Shown here piece after piece: positions 25,327-34,577 of a stretch of 55,633 nucleotides of DNA; the first letter of the stretch is position 1, and every line of letters begins with the position of its first letter. Source of the stretch: a bacterium. GTDB lineage: Bacteria > Patescibacteriota > Dojkabacteria > JAKAPS01 > JAJZLI01. Below the pieces are notes generated by a model. That model saw nothing but the letters and a program-made list of their open reading frames with translations, was not told the origin of the DNA and ran no database searches. Location of the stretch: contig DAHXLB010000026.1 in the NCBI GenBank assembly GCA_027371855.1, positions 1 through 55,633 on the forward strand. The letters are read 5' to 3'. The translations under genes and the position numbers were made by a program.

Positions 25327-26004
25327 ATGAATAAAAATATTGAAGAATTAGATAAAAAACTAAATTTAAATATGAAAAACAAAGAGCTTTTAAAAACTGC
25401 TCTTACTCATAGGTCTATGACAACTGCTAACAATGAGAGGTTAGAATTTCTCGGTGATGCTGTAATTGAACTTTTAGTGTCAAAATATTTATTTTTTAGA
25501 TTTAAAAATGAGAAAGAAGGTATACTTACAACATATCGTTCATCAATGGTTCAAACTAAAACATTATCAAAGATAGCATCTGATATGGGTATTGGAGAGT
25601 ATTTACAGTTAGCAAAAGGTGAGGCAGATTCGGGAGGCAGGGAAAGGGCTAAAATTCTTGAAGATACCTTTGAAGCCTTAATAGGTGCCATTTATTTAGA
25701 TAAAGGACTTGAATATACAGAACAATTTCTGTATACTCACTTATACGATGTTCTGAATGATATAATAGAGAATAAGAGTTATATAAGTAATAAGTCTTAT
25801 CTGCAAGAAAGATTGCAATCTGAGCATAAACCAATACCTAGGTATAAAATTGTAAAGGAAGAGGGCCCTGCGCACAATAGGATATTTACAGTGCAAGTTT
25901 ACATAAATAAGGATCCTATGGAAACAGGGGAAGGCAAGAGTAAACAAGAAGCTGAAGATGAAGCAGCAAGAAAGGTTATAGAAAAATTATATGGTAAAAA
26001 TTAG
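25327..26004 (+). CDS. rnc: Ribonuclease III
   Basis: 225 aa with the NERLEFLGDAV catalytic signature, EDTFEALIGAIYLD and a C-terminal dsRBD (GPAHNRIFTV...GEGKSKQEAE). Confidence 0.93.
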   Translation: MNKNIEELDKKLNLNMKNKELLKTALTHRSMTTANNERLEFLGDAVIELLVSKYLFFRFKNEKEGILTTYRSSMVQTKTLSKIASDMGIGEYLQLAKGEADSGGRERAKILEDTFEALIGAIYLDKGLEYTEQFLYTHLYDVLNDIIENKSYISNKSYLQERLQSEHKPIPRYKIVKEEGPAHNRIFTVQVYINKDPMETGEGKSKQEAEDEAARKVIEKLYGKN

Positions 26005-26212
26005 ACTTACAAGAACAGGTAAAAAGCATCATGCAAGCTATAGAATTATAGTTGCTAATTCTGTATCCAAAAGAGATGGGAAATATATAGAGAAAATAGG
26101 ATATTATGAACCTATATTAAAGAAACTTGAATTTGATAAAGAGAAACTTCACAGTTGGCTATCTAAAGGAGCTCAACCAACAGATATTGTTAAAAAACTT
26201 TTAAAAATCTGA
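25991..26212 (+). CDS. rpsP: 30S ribosomal protein S16
   Basis: 73 aa, MVKIRLTRTGKKHHASYRIIVANSVSKRDGKYIEKIGYYEP. Confidence 0.92.
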   Translation: MVKIRLTRTGKKHHASYRIIVANSVSKRDGKYIEKIGYYEPILKKLEFDKEKLHSWLSKGAQPTDIVKKLLKI

Positions 26213-26213
26213 A

Positions 26214-26912
26214 TCAACCATTTCTACTTGAAATTAACTTTGATAGAGATACACTATTAACTAATCCTCCTTGATATAAAGTATTATTAGAATCAGGCAT
26301 TGAGAAAAACACTACTTCTATATTTAGGGTATCATTACCCCCAGATTGTCCTTGTAATTGCTGAGCTGAACCCATAAGAGAGCCAGAATATTCTATGCTT
26401 GATATAACAAAGAGTGTTTTTTGTTTATTTAAAGCGTTTATATAATTATCTATCTGAGATATTGTACCTATAAAAGATACAAATACATTATTTGGGGTTA
26501 GACTTGGTGAGACACCTGGTATTGAGATTTGTTGATTAAATGAAGGAGGTTGTTGCCCACTGGATAGTGTATTGAACTGTAATCCTGAGGAGAGACCTAA
26601 TGACTGTACTTGACCTGATGTTACTGAAAACTGTAGATTAGATTGTATTATTTGATTAAGTACAGCTAGATATTTATCTATTTGAGTAATCTGAGACTGT
26701 GAAGAATAGGCTTTTAATGCCTGGATTGATGTGTTCATATTTTGATTCTGTGAATTATATGATTGTGTTTCACTGTTGTACTGTTTTATAGAATTATAAC
26801 TAGGCCATATAACAAAAAATATAGCTATGATAAGTAGAATGGCTGCTAGAATTGGTATAGTATATAATTTAGCAAATCTTATTAATTTAGTTTTATCTAT
26901 ACTGCTATTCAT
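26214..26912 (-). CDS. PilO-like type IV pilus assembly protein (bitopic membrane protein)
   Basis: 232 aa with a single N-terminal TM, then a coiled/Q-N-rich region and a globular C-terminus. It lies directly downstream of pilM-pilN. Assignment is by position and topology only. Confidence 0.5.
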   Translation of the reverse strand: MNSSIDKTKLIRFAKLYTIPILAAILLIIAIFFVIWPSYNSIKQYNSETQSYNSQNQNMNTSIQALKAYSSQSQITQIDKYLAVLNQIIQSNLQFSVTSGQVQSLGLSSGLQFNTLSSGQQPPSFNQQISIPGVSPSLTPNNVFVSFIGTISQIDNYINALNKQKTLFVISSIEYSGSLMGSAQQLQGQSGGNDTLNIEVVFFSMPDSNNTLYQGGLVNSVSLSKLISSRNG

Positions 26913-26914
26913 TA

Positions 26915-27499
26915 TTATGTTGCTCCAATTGTTGAATTATTGTTGTGATATGTTGTTGTTATATTAAACTTCACTGATTGTACTTGATTACTACTATCAT
27001 ATGTAATTTGTACTGATTTTATTTGAGTGTTTATAAAATATTTATTATTTTTATTATTTGAAGAGAAATTATGTATCAGATGAGCTACATCAAGTACATT
27101 TGCTCCAGAACAGTTAAATGTAATACTACCATTATATACATAGAGAAAATTTGATAAAGATATATTTCCTGGGACTAAAGCTTCAAATCTATTTAACACA
27201 GTAACAGGGTTATTAAAAGTATTAGTTATACTACTAACATCATTATACCTTTGGTTAACATTATTAAGAGTCTTAACAGTTTTAGAAAAGGATTGCAGAC
27301 TTCTTTTATCCTTATTGTATACATTTTGAGCAAATACTTCATTCTTTTTTGCCGTCTTAGCCATACCTACAACAAATACAGAGGCTACTTCAGCGAGAAT
27401 TATAACTATAGCAGCAACAATTTCTAGAGTATACATTCTAGACTCTTTTACTAATTCTTCTTTTGTTTTTCTTGGAATTAAGTTTATTCCTGTTTTCAT
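26915..27499 (-). CDS. pilN: PilN-like type IV pilus assembly protein
   Basis: 194 aa with an N-terminal INLIPRK motif followed by a TM helix. Located downstream of pilM. Confidence 0.65.
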   Translation of the reverse strand: MKTGINLIPRKTKEELVKESRMYTLEIVAAIVIILAEVASVFVVGMAKTAKKNEVFAQNVYNKDKRSLQSFSKTVKTLNNVNQRYNDVSSITNTFNNPVTVLNRFEALVPGNISLSNFLYVYNGSITFNCSGANVLDVAHLIHNFSSNNKNNKYFINTQIKSVQITYDSSNQVQSVKFNITTTYHNNNSTIGAT

Positions 27500-27502
27500 A
27501 TT

Positions 27503-28552
27503 TTATACTTTTAATGCTAATCCTAAAGCAACTGCATACCCAGGGAGTGGGGCAGGGAGCTTATTCTTTAACGAAGGATCCATATATATTTTTGAGTAAG
27601 GATTTCCAACTTCAACTTCCATATTTAAATTTTGTGCAAGATATAAAACTAATCCTGGAAGCATTGATCCATTTCCAACAAGTATTATTTTAGTTGGAGT
27701 ATCAGATATATTAGTAGCTTTATAAGCATTAAATACCCTTCTTATTTCATTAACTATAGATTCCATTATAGGGAGTAACGTTCTGTAGATTTTTCCTTCT
27801 AGCTGGGCTGGGTCAAGGCCATAACTCTTTTTGTATTCTTCAGCCTGTACCTCTTCAAGATTAAATCCTTGAGCAATAGCTTTTGTAAGAACTGAAGATC
27901 CAATAGCTATTGTCTGTGGGAAAAGTAATGTTTCCTTATATGCTACAACTGTTTCTATTCCATTATAACCAAAATCCATAATAAGGCTCGCAGATGTATC
28001 ATTTTTATATGATAGACTCCTAACTAAAGACAATGATTCTGTTTCTATTAAAACTGGTGTAAAACCAGCAAGTTTCAAAATATCAACATATCTATTTATA
28101 AGCAGTTTGGGTGCAGCAACAAGTAAAACATCATATTGCGTAACACCGTCACTCGATGTCTCTAGTTTATTAATAATAGACCAATCAACTTGTACTTCAT
28201 CTGGAGATATAGGTATGTTTTTTTTAGTAGCCCAAAATACTGCTTCTTCCAGATCTGCTTCCTTTTGTGCAGGTATTCTTATTACTTTCGAAAATATTGA
28301 ACTATCAGGCAGAGATATTGAGGCATTGTTTCCCTGTATACCCAAATCATGCACCAATGATTTTAAAGATTCTGCTAATGTTCTTTTATGATCTTCGTTC
28401 TCACTGCCTAATACTCCATATGGAGTATCCATTGATCCAAAAGTAACAATAGCTGGATTTTTATCCACATCTTTTAGCTTCACAACTTTTATTGTATGAG
28501 CTCCGAAGTCTACAGCGAATGAGTTTAAATTTTCTTTCCTTTTACCAAACAT
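27503..28552 (-). CDS. pilM: PilM, actin-like type IV pilus assembly ATPase
   Basis: 349 aa with VDFGAHTIKVV, MDFGYNG and ILVGNGSMLPGL actin/FtsA-fold motifs. Confidence 0.8.
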   Translation of the reverse strand: MFGKRKENLNSFAVDFGAHTIKVVKLKDVDKNPAIVTFGSMDTPYGVLGSENEDHKRTLAESLKSLVHDLGIQGNNASISLPDSSIFSKVIRIPAQKEADLEEAVFWATKKNIPISPDEVQVDWSIINKLETSSDGVTQYDVLLVAAPKLLINRYVDILKLAGFTPVLIETESLSLVRSLSYKNDTSASLIMDFGYNGIETVVAYKETLLFPQTIAIGSSVLTKAIAQGFNLEEVQAEEYKKSYGLDPAQLEGKIYRTLLPIMESIVNEIRRVFNAYKATNISDTPTKIILVGNGSMLPGLVLYLAQNLNMEVEVGNPYSKIYMDPSLKNKLPAPLPGYAVALGLALKV

Positions 28553-28556
28553 AATT

Positions 28557-28943
28557 TTATAATTTATTTAAATAATTTTTTACCTCTTTAACGATCTGTT
28601 CCGGTGTAAGTTCAGTTTTCATCAAAAATCCATCAGCTTTCTGTGAGAATATATCTTTCACTATAACCTCACTAGTAAGATTGGTCAATACTACAACAAG
28701 TGGATTATGGTATTTCTCAGTATCTGTTTTTACAAGGTGTAAAAAATATGTACCATTTATGGTACCACTTGGTAACATAAGATCCAGTAAAATAAGGTCA
28801 AACTTCTCCTGTTCTGCTAACTTAATACCCTCATCTCCTGTATAAGTAGATGATACTTTATATCCAGCCTTCTCTAAGATTTCTGTATATAATTCAACTA
28901 AATAAACTTCATCTTCTACAACAAGAATCTTTTTTTTGTCCAT
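28557..28943 (-). CDS. Stand-alone response-regulator receiver domain protein
   Basis: 128 aa with ILVVEDE, the DLILLDLMLP phospho-acceptor Asp, VVLTN and FLMK. No output domain. Confidence 0.85.
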   Translation of the reverse strand: MDKKKILVVEDEVYLVELYTEILEKAGYKVSSTYTGDEGIKLAEQEKFDLILLDLMLPSGTINGTYFLHLVKTDTEKYHNPLVVVLTNLTSEVIVKDIFSQKADGFLMKTELTPEQIVKEVKNYLNKL

Positions 28944-28945
28944 AA

Positions 28946-30841
28946 TTAATTATCTATTATTATTTTTCCCATTGAAATTAAAAACGCATCTACAACATCA
29001 TATGGAGAAACAGCAGATAACCCACCTCCTGGTTCTTGAACATTTCCAGTACTCTCAACATCAGCCTGTGTATTTGCATCAAGGTCCCTATCATAAGAAA
29101 ATGCTTGTGTTGGTGTATTGCTAGTTATTTCTATATTACCACTTGCAATTATAACAAGTCCTGGACATGATTGAACATTTGTTAGTGGAGATGATCCAGC
29201 TATTGTACACGTTGCAGTTTGCGGATATAGTGAAGGGTTAATTGTAACATTACCATTAACAACTAAAACCGAGCTACCAGTATATATAGTATTTTGGGAT
29301 ATAGTTAAATTTCCTTGATAAAAATACCAATTTGGATTCGATGGGGTCATTGATTGCAGACTACCTAGGTTTGCCTGATTTTGAGGTATTCTATTCACCT
29401 GTATAACCCCATTTGAAAAAGAGTTTTGACATTTCCCAGTTATCTCACAATATAAGGTAGCATAAAAGTTGAAATCATATATTGGAATACCATTATTGGT
29501 AAGTCCTAATTTTTGATTGGTATATTCTAATGAAGATGAAGTTGCAGGGCTACCATTTTCAAAATTTAAACCACCACCTAAAGTTTCTAATAGAGCATTT
29601 GTGAATATCTTATCTGCAGGCGTAGCTGGACTTGGTGGAGTAGTGATATTAAATCCCCCTCTTGAATAAGCATTTCCTCCATTAGAAGTTGACAGCCAAG
29701 AAGCATAGATATTGAGTCCTACAGGAGTAGGGTTACTAGCTTGAACAAAAGAAGATGGAGAAACTATAACCTGACCTTGATATGAAGAAGATCCTGACCC
29801 AGATGCCATACCTTGTGTGTTTGCAACCCTTGTCCATAAATGGTTATTTACAGGAACATCTGTACTGGAATTATCACAATACAAATATAAATTAGGGCTA
29901 GTACTTGTTTTATTTGTGGGGTTTACACAATATACCAAAACAGATTTTTGTCCACTTGATTCTTTTCCATCCCATAAATAAAGCCATGGTTGACTTGTTG
30001 TAATATTCCAAGAAACGTATCTACTAGAATTAGAACATTGTAAATTACCATTAGTACAACTTGTACTTAATGTATATATTATAGTTCCATCTGGATTACC
30101 TCCATACTGTCCAGTATTAAAAGAAAGAGCTGTATCAGAGGCTAAAGATAGTATAAAGGAACCTTCCCTTAAATTCATAGTAGCTGTTGCAGCTCCCCCT
30201 GTATTACAATCTTGACCTCCAGACAAAGTAGCTGTTAGAGTTACAGGAGACAACTGTCTCCCAGGATCTGGGGACACATTATTCCAATTAAAAACTTTAG
30301 TATTATTAACCGAAACTGTATTAACAAGCGTATTAAAACTAGAGCCTGAACAAGATTCAGAAGTGTTTGCTACTAAATTATTAAGATAACTAGAGTTATT
30401 GGAGGTCTCAGATAAATTAGCACTACCGTTTACATCATAAACATTTTGATCAAAAACTTTTTCTGAGCTTTGTGTAGAATAGTTTGCAGGAGGATTATCA
30501 TATAGTACGCAAGAGTATGGATATATTGTACTATACTGTAAACATGTTGGGATATAAGTATAGTTACATTGGTATATAGTATAATAATCTATATGGTAAG
30601 GCCCAGAGCCAGAAACATTTATGTTATATGAATTACCATTGCCAACTGGAGTTAAGGATACATTAATTTGACCATTATATAAGGTATTTCCTTCTTGTAC
30701 ACCAGTATTAAAACAATTAGCATATGGACCAGTCCATGCAAAAACTGGTTTTGAACTAAATTGAGCATATAAAAATATCCCAAAAAGGACAAAAGACACT
30801 ACAAAAAAAGTTTTTAAACCATTATTAATAATAACTTTCAT
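28946..30841 (-). CDS. Large secreted/anchored Asn-Ser-Thr-Cys-rich protein of the pilus locus (unknown function)
   Basis: 631 aa with an N-terminal hydrophobic signal/anchor (FFVVSFVLFGIFLYA) and no recognised domain. It sits between the minor pilins and the receiver-pilMNO genes. Confidence 0.6.
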   Translation of the reverse strand: MKVIINNGLKTFFVVSFVLFGIFLYAQFSSKPVFAWTGPYANCFNTGVQEGNTLYNGQINVSLTPVGNGNSYNINVSGSGPYHIDYYTIYQCNYTYIPTCLQYSTIYPYSCVLYDNPPANYSTQSSEKVFDQNVYDVNGSANLSETSNNSSYLNNLVANTSESCSGSSFNTLVNTVSVNNTKVFNWNNVSPDPGRQLSPVTLTATLSGGQDCNTGGAATATMNLREGSFILSLASDTALSFNTGQYGGNPDGTIIYTLSTSCTNGNLQCSNSSRYVSWNITTSQPWLYLWDGKESSGQKSVLVYCVNPTNKTSTSPNLYLYCDNSSTDVPVNNHLWTRVANTQGMASGSGSSSYQGQVIVSPSSFVQASNPTPVGLNIYASWLSTSNGGNAYSRGGFNITTPPSPATPADKIFTNALLETLGGGLNFENGSPATSSSLEYTNQKLGLTNNGIPIYDFNFYATLYCEITGKCQNSFSNGVIQVNRIPQNQANLGSLQSMTPSNPNWYFYQGNLTISQNTIYTGSSVLVVNGNVTINPSLYPQTATCTIAGSSPLTNVQSCPGLVIIASGNIEITSNTPTQAFSYDRDLDANTQADVESTGNVQEPGGGLSAVSPYDVVDAFLISMGKIIIDN

Positions 30842-30900
30842 TTATACCATTATTATACAAATTTATTATAAATTGCAATATATTTATATAACAAGGAAAA

Positions 30901-31563
30901 TCAATTGGAATAGACGTAATTTTCTAAAGTTGCGCTAGAGATTAAATTCATGCATACTTTTTGTCCGTAAAATTGAAACGTATTTAGAGTACAACCTTTG
31001 ATCAAAATTGTTACATAAGGTGCAATATATACACTAGAATTTGATCCTTGGGGAGTACCAGTATAGTTGTAATTATAGTAGTAGAAATTTAATGCCTCTA
31101 CATCTATATTATTAGGATTTGTTACATTACTGCCATTATATGTAATATATCCTCCAGTTTTTTGCCCACCTGGGATAGACGAAGATGATGTTAGAGTAAT
31201 AGTTGCAATAGTATCACCAACTTGATTCTTTACTATTAAGGAACCAGAAGAGCTACAAAGAACAATAGAACTTTGGGGAGGATTAGGGTTACATATACCT
31301 GAGTTTACATTAGTAAGGTTAACAGTAGCTCCATTCCTAATAACTTTTTTTAAATAACTCATTGCATATTGTATTTGATTTTCAACGTGAGATTGAGTAT
31401 TTAAATCTGTAATATATGCATATGTATTAGTAAATGAAGACATTAATACTAAAATCAAAAAGGAGAATATTGCCATTACAACTAATAGTTCTATAAGGGT
31501 AAACCCTTTTTTTATATTAAATACATATTTAGCTATTTTATTATTTTTTACATTTCTTAACAT
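30901..31563 (-). CDS. Minor pilin (prepilin-type N-terminal cleavage/methylation domain)
   Basis: Leader ending KKG|FTLIELLVVMAIFSFL. Confidence 0.8.
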   Translation of the reverse strand: MLRNVKNNKIAKYVFNIKKGFTLIELLVVMAIFSFLILVLMSSFTNTYAYITDLNTQSHVENQIQYAMSYLKKVIRNGATVNLTNVNSGICNPNPPQSSIVLCSSSGSLIVKNQVGDTIATITLTSSSSIPGGQKTGGYITYNGSNVTNPNNIDVEALNFYYYNYNYTGTPQGSNSSVYIAPYVTILIKGCTLNTFQFYGQKVCMNLISSATLENYVYSN

Positions 31564-32186
31564 GATTTTCCAGTAATAATCTTGGTAGAGCTCAGGTATT
31601 GATTAAAACTTCCTTTAGGATATCCTCCAATCCAAGGTAATGAAGAAGGCATTGTTTGAGATGTACTTCCATTATTAAAATTCCAAAATACATATCCTGT
31701 TATAGTTGACTGGTTACATGAGCTTAAAGATGTTCCCATTGGTTGAGAATATAAAAGTATTTCCATATTCTGGGGTTCGCTAAAAAGAGCCAATTGATTT
31801 GCTGTTGCACCAACAACATTTAGTGCATTCGCTATAGGTAGACAATTTTGAGAATTTGAGTTTGCAGCACTACAGGATATACCTTCATTAGAAGTCCACG
31901 ATATATTACCCTCATTAGCCCATACATGAGCATACGACATCTCATATGATAGAACTTGTTGTGCTACCATATTAGCTTCATTTTGATAGCTCTGATGAAT
32001 TGCAAGTGATTCAGCATATAATACTGCAAGTAGTATAAAAGACATGAATACCATGGCTACAAGGGTCTCTATTAGAGTAAATCCACCTGATACATTTAGA
32101 TTTATATTATTTGAATCCATGTTCGATGAATCTAGACTCATCGAACATGAATCTTTAATATATTTAAAAAGATTTTTTTTATCCAT
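31557..32186 (-). CDS. Minor pilin (prepilin-type N-terminal domain); start uncertain
   Basis: ...NVSGG|FTLIETLVAMVFMSF. A start at 32186 gives a 36-aa leader. An alternative ATG at 32120 gives a 14-aa leader (MDSNNINLNVSGG). Confidence 0.75.
   Translation of the reverse strand: MDKKNLFKYIKDSCSMSLDSSNMDSNNINLNVSGGFTLIETLVAMVFMSFILLAVLYAESLAIHQSYQNEANMVAQQVLSYEMSYAHVWANEGNISWTSNEGISCSAANSNSQNCLPIANALNVVGATANQLALFSEPQNMEILLYSQPMGTSLSSCNQSTITGYVFWNFNNGSTSQTMPSSLPWIGGYPKGSFNQYLSSTKIITGKSC
32118..32149. repeat. 32-bp near-perfect palindrome centred on TCTAGA
   Basis: CATGTTCGATGAaTCTAGAcTCATCGAACATG has 15 of 16 positions self-complementary. It lies in the leader/5' region of the minor pilin gene. 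Confidence 0.85.
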
Positions 32187-32188
32187 AT

Positions 32189-32965
32189 TTATTGCATTGT
32201 TTGAACTACACTATTTGCATTGCTACTATATGTATCATATATATTAACATCCTCTGAAGAATTAGTATATTTAAGAGTAAAAGATGCGTTACTTCCAACC
32301 CCAGGTGAGCTTATAAGACTATAAGGAGAACTCAAAGAATATATAAATACACTACCAGACACTTCTTCAAGCAAAGGAAAATTACCATTAGAGGATATTG
32401 TTACACCAGGAGACAAAGCATGATAATAAGTTGCATTTGCTGGAGTAATGCTTCCTCCAATGCACTTACTAAGTGGATTAACAGAACCACTATATGTGTC
32501 TCCTGAAGGATAGTTATTATATAGTGAGTTATTCTGAGGTGGGATTGAGTTATCATAGGTTGGAGATGGAGGAGGGTTATTGCTATTTTGATCTTGGCAC
32601 GAAGGTTGAACATTCTTAACTGCCATAACTACATCATACCCAGGACAATCGCTAGTACATATTTGAGTAGCACTTGTAGCAGGTATTATATAAAATCCAT
32701 AAACCCAATTGTTACCTGCAGGTTCTTTATAAAAAGATGTAACCCCTGATACAGCTTCCTCTTTAATATAACTTAATCTTGACATAAAATTAGAGACAGA
32801 ACTTGATAATACTGCCTGAGATTGAAGTCCTTTTGTACCAAATAAAACTAACATTATCATGATTACAGAGATAGCCATCACAATTAAAAGCTCAATTAAT
32901 GTAAATCCTTTGGGTCCAGATCCTTCAATTCTATTAATTTTATTTTTTCTTTCTAAATCTATCAT
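32189..32965 (-). CDS. Minor pilin (prepilin-type N-terminal domain)
   Basis: Leader ...RIEGSGPKG|FTLIELLIVMAISVIM. Confidence 0.8.
   Translation of the reverse strand: MIDLERKNKINRIEGSGPKGFTLIELLIVMAISVIMIMLVLFGTKGLQSQAVLSSSVSNFMSRLSYIKEEAVSGVTSFYKEPAGNNWVYGFYIIPATSATQICTSDCPGYDVVMAVKNVQPSCQDQNSNNPPPSPTYDNSIPPQNNSLYNNYPSGDTYSGSVNPLSKCIGGSITPANATYYHALSPGVTISSNGNFPLLEEVSGSVFIYSLSSPYSLISSPGVGSNASFTLKYTNSSEDVNIYDTYSSNANSVVQTMQ
32907..32923. repeat. Palindromic module copy (minus strand GGATCTGGACCCAAAGG)
   Basis: It encodes GSGPKG immediately before the prepilin cleavage site. Confidence 0.6.
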
Positions 32966-33801
32966 AATAGATAAAAATAACTTAGAAAATGTAATATATA
33001 TTGATTAAATATTATATAGAATATAATACTACAAGCTAAAAATGGTGCAAAGGGTATTGTTGATTTCATATTCTTTGCTTTACTAATTATAAGTCCTATA
33101 CCAACTAATGCTCCTAATAAAAATGATAGGAAAAGAACAAATAATATTGATGGGAAGCCCAATATTAACCCCATTACAAAGGCAAGTTTCATATCTCCTC
33201 CTCCCATTCCGCTACCATGGGTTATAACAATCAAAAGGAGGAATACTGCACCTACAATGACTCCAGTATATACATGCATTGCAATATATGCTATTGAGGT
33301 AAATCCCATGAAATATAACAAAAAGAGATAAATAAGCGTAACTATTGATATAGCAACCATAAGTTTATTAGATATTTCTAAATAAAGAAAATCGTATAAT
33401 GCTATATACAAAAAAGATATTATTACAAATATATAGAAAATTAATTGTATTATATTAAGTAGGGTAGGGTACAGAATTTGTATGATACCAAAAAAATAGA
33501 AATAGAGTACAAAAATAACTCCTGTAAGTACCTCAACAATAAGGTATTGATAAGATATCTTTTCATTGCAATATCTACATCTACCTTTGAGAAATATAAA
33601 ACTAAATATAGGTATTAGATCAAAGAAAGATAGCTGATGTTTACACTGTGGACACATTGACCTCCCTGTCTTTATATTTAAACCCTCATGTACTCTATAA
33701 ACTGATGCATTTATAAAACTACCTATAGCTGTTCCAAATAGAAATGTAAAAACTAGTAAATATACAATAAAGATCAACATAATATAAAAGATATCATACA
33801 A
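32962..33801 (-). CDS. pilD: Prepilin peptidase (A24 family)
   Basis: 279 aa and multi-TM, with N-terminal CPQC...CRYC zinc motif and the GGGDMKL catalytic Asp motif. Confidence 0.88.
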   Translation of the reverse strand: MYDIFYIMLIFIVYLLVFTFLFGTAIGSFINASVYRVHEGLNIKTGRSMCPQCKHQLSFFDLIPIFSFIFLKGRCRYCNEKISYQYLIVEVLTGVIFVLYFYFFGIIQILYPTLLNIIQLIFYIFVIISFLYIALYDFLYLEISNKLMVAISIVTLIYLFLLYFMGFTSIAYIAMHVYTGVIVGAVFLLLIVITHGSGMGGGDMKLAFVMGLILGFPSILFVLFLSFLLGALVGIGLIISKAKNMKSTIPFAPFLACSIIFYIIFNQYILHFLSYFYLL

Positions 33802-33819
33802 AACCGTATAAGTAAATAA

Positions 33820-33843
33820 AGAACCTCTTTAAAAAGAGGTTCT
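33820..33843 (-). terminator. Intrinsic terminator after the major pilin gene
   Basis: AGAACCTCTT-(4 nt)-AAGAGGTTCT forms a 10-bp stem. On the minus strand it is followed by TTATTT. It lies 28 nt downstream of the pilA stop. Confidence 0.7.
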
Positions 33844-33870
33844 CTATATGATAAATAATTTACCAAATTC

Positions 33871-34497
33871 TTAGTTACATGTAATACTTACAGTCCCAGA
33901 AGTTAAAGTATTATTATTTAAAGAGTAAGGAGAGTTACTTCCATTTGCAGTGTAAGGGAATATGCCTCCATTTTCTAAACATGCTCCAACTACATAACCT
34001 GTAATAGTTTGATCATTTGACAATGCCACTGAACCATTATGAAAAGGTATGTAGAAATAATGAGTATTACTATTACCAGAAGTTCCAGTTGTATAACCAA
34101 ATCCAGGGGTTGTGCTAACTGCAGTGCAAGAATATCCACTACCAGAATTACTTAGTGTTGATTGGTTAGGAACTATTGTTGGGCTACACAGACTAGAGTC
34201 TGTAACATATGGGTTAATGCCTGGAAAAGGAGAAGCAAAAACAACGTCACCACTCGTCTGCATACCTACAGAATAAGGATATGTTTGTCCTGTTCCGTAA
34301 TACGTCTCTAACAAACCAGAAAGACCTTTCACTGCTGTTTGTCTTGCAGAGTTTCTTGCATCAGCCTGAGCTGCACCAAGACCTATAATTGCAATAGCAA
34401 TTAATATACCTATAATTGCCATAACAATCAAAAGCTCAACTAAAGTAAAACCTTTTGAATTTAATTGTTTTATTCTGAATCTAGATTCTCTATTCAT
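33871..34497 (-). CDS. pilA: Major type IV pilin
   Basis: 208 aa with leader MNRESRFRIKQLNSKG|FTLVELLIVMAIIGILIAIAI. It has its own upstream intergenic region and a strong terminator. Confidence 0.8.
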   Translation of the reverse strand: MNRESRFRIKQLNSKGFTLVELLIVMAIIGILIAIAIIGLGAAQADARNSARQTAVKGLSGLLETYYGTGQTYPYSVGMQTSGDVVFASPFPGINPYVTDSSLCSPTIVPNQSTLSNSGSGYSCTAVSTTPGFGYTTGTSGNSNTHYFYIPFHNGSVALSNDQTITGYVVGACLENGGIFPYTANGSNSPYSLNNNTLTSGTVSITCN

Positions 34498-34577
34498 AGT
34501 AAATTAATAAAAATTATATAAACTTACATTAAGTATACAAATATTATATAAAAATACAATATATAGTAATATTGTAC

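Noticed and set aside
24966-25382. 138-aa minus-strand ORF
   Set aside because: It is antisense to nusB/rnc and is a low-complexity shadow ORF. The same reasoning applies to 2008..2238, 4013..4288, 4750..4983, 6425..6766, 6933..7229, 12626..12829, 13032..13289, 14082..14333, 15199..15483, 16173..16382, 17601..17792, 21521..21799, 22236..22430, 22814..23029, 25649..25947, 27463..27693, 28107..28391, 28936..29124, 32044..32247, 32401..32613, 37658..38299, 38365..38583, 40812..40994, 42109..42303, 42730..42945, 43366..43572, 46321..46518, 48080..48280, 48420..48707, 52826..53008 and 54365..54700.
29776-29800. ASGSGSSS segment in the 631-aa protein, and SGSR in the PBP1A N-terminus (about 20660-20690), as module copies
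   Set aside because: The similarity is at peptide level only. The codons differ (TCTGGGTCAGGATCT, GGTTCCAGGGCT) and the palindromic symmetry is lost. They cannot be distinguished from ordinary low-complexity sequence.
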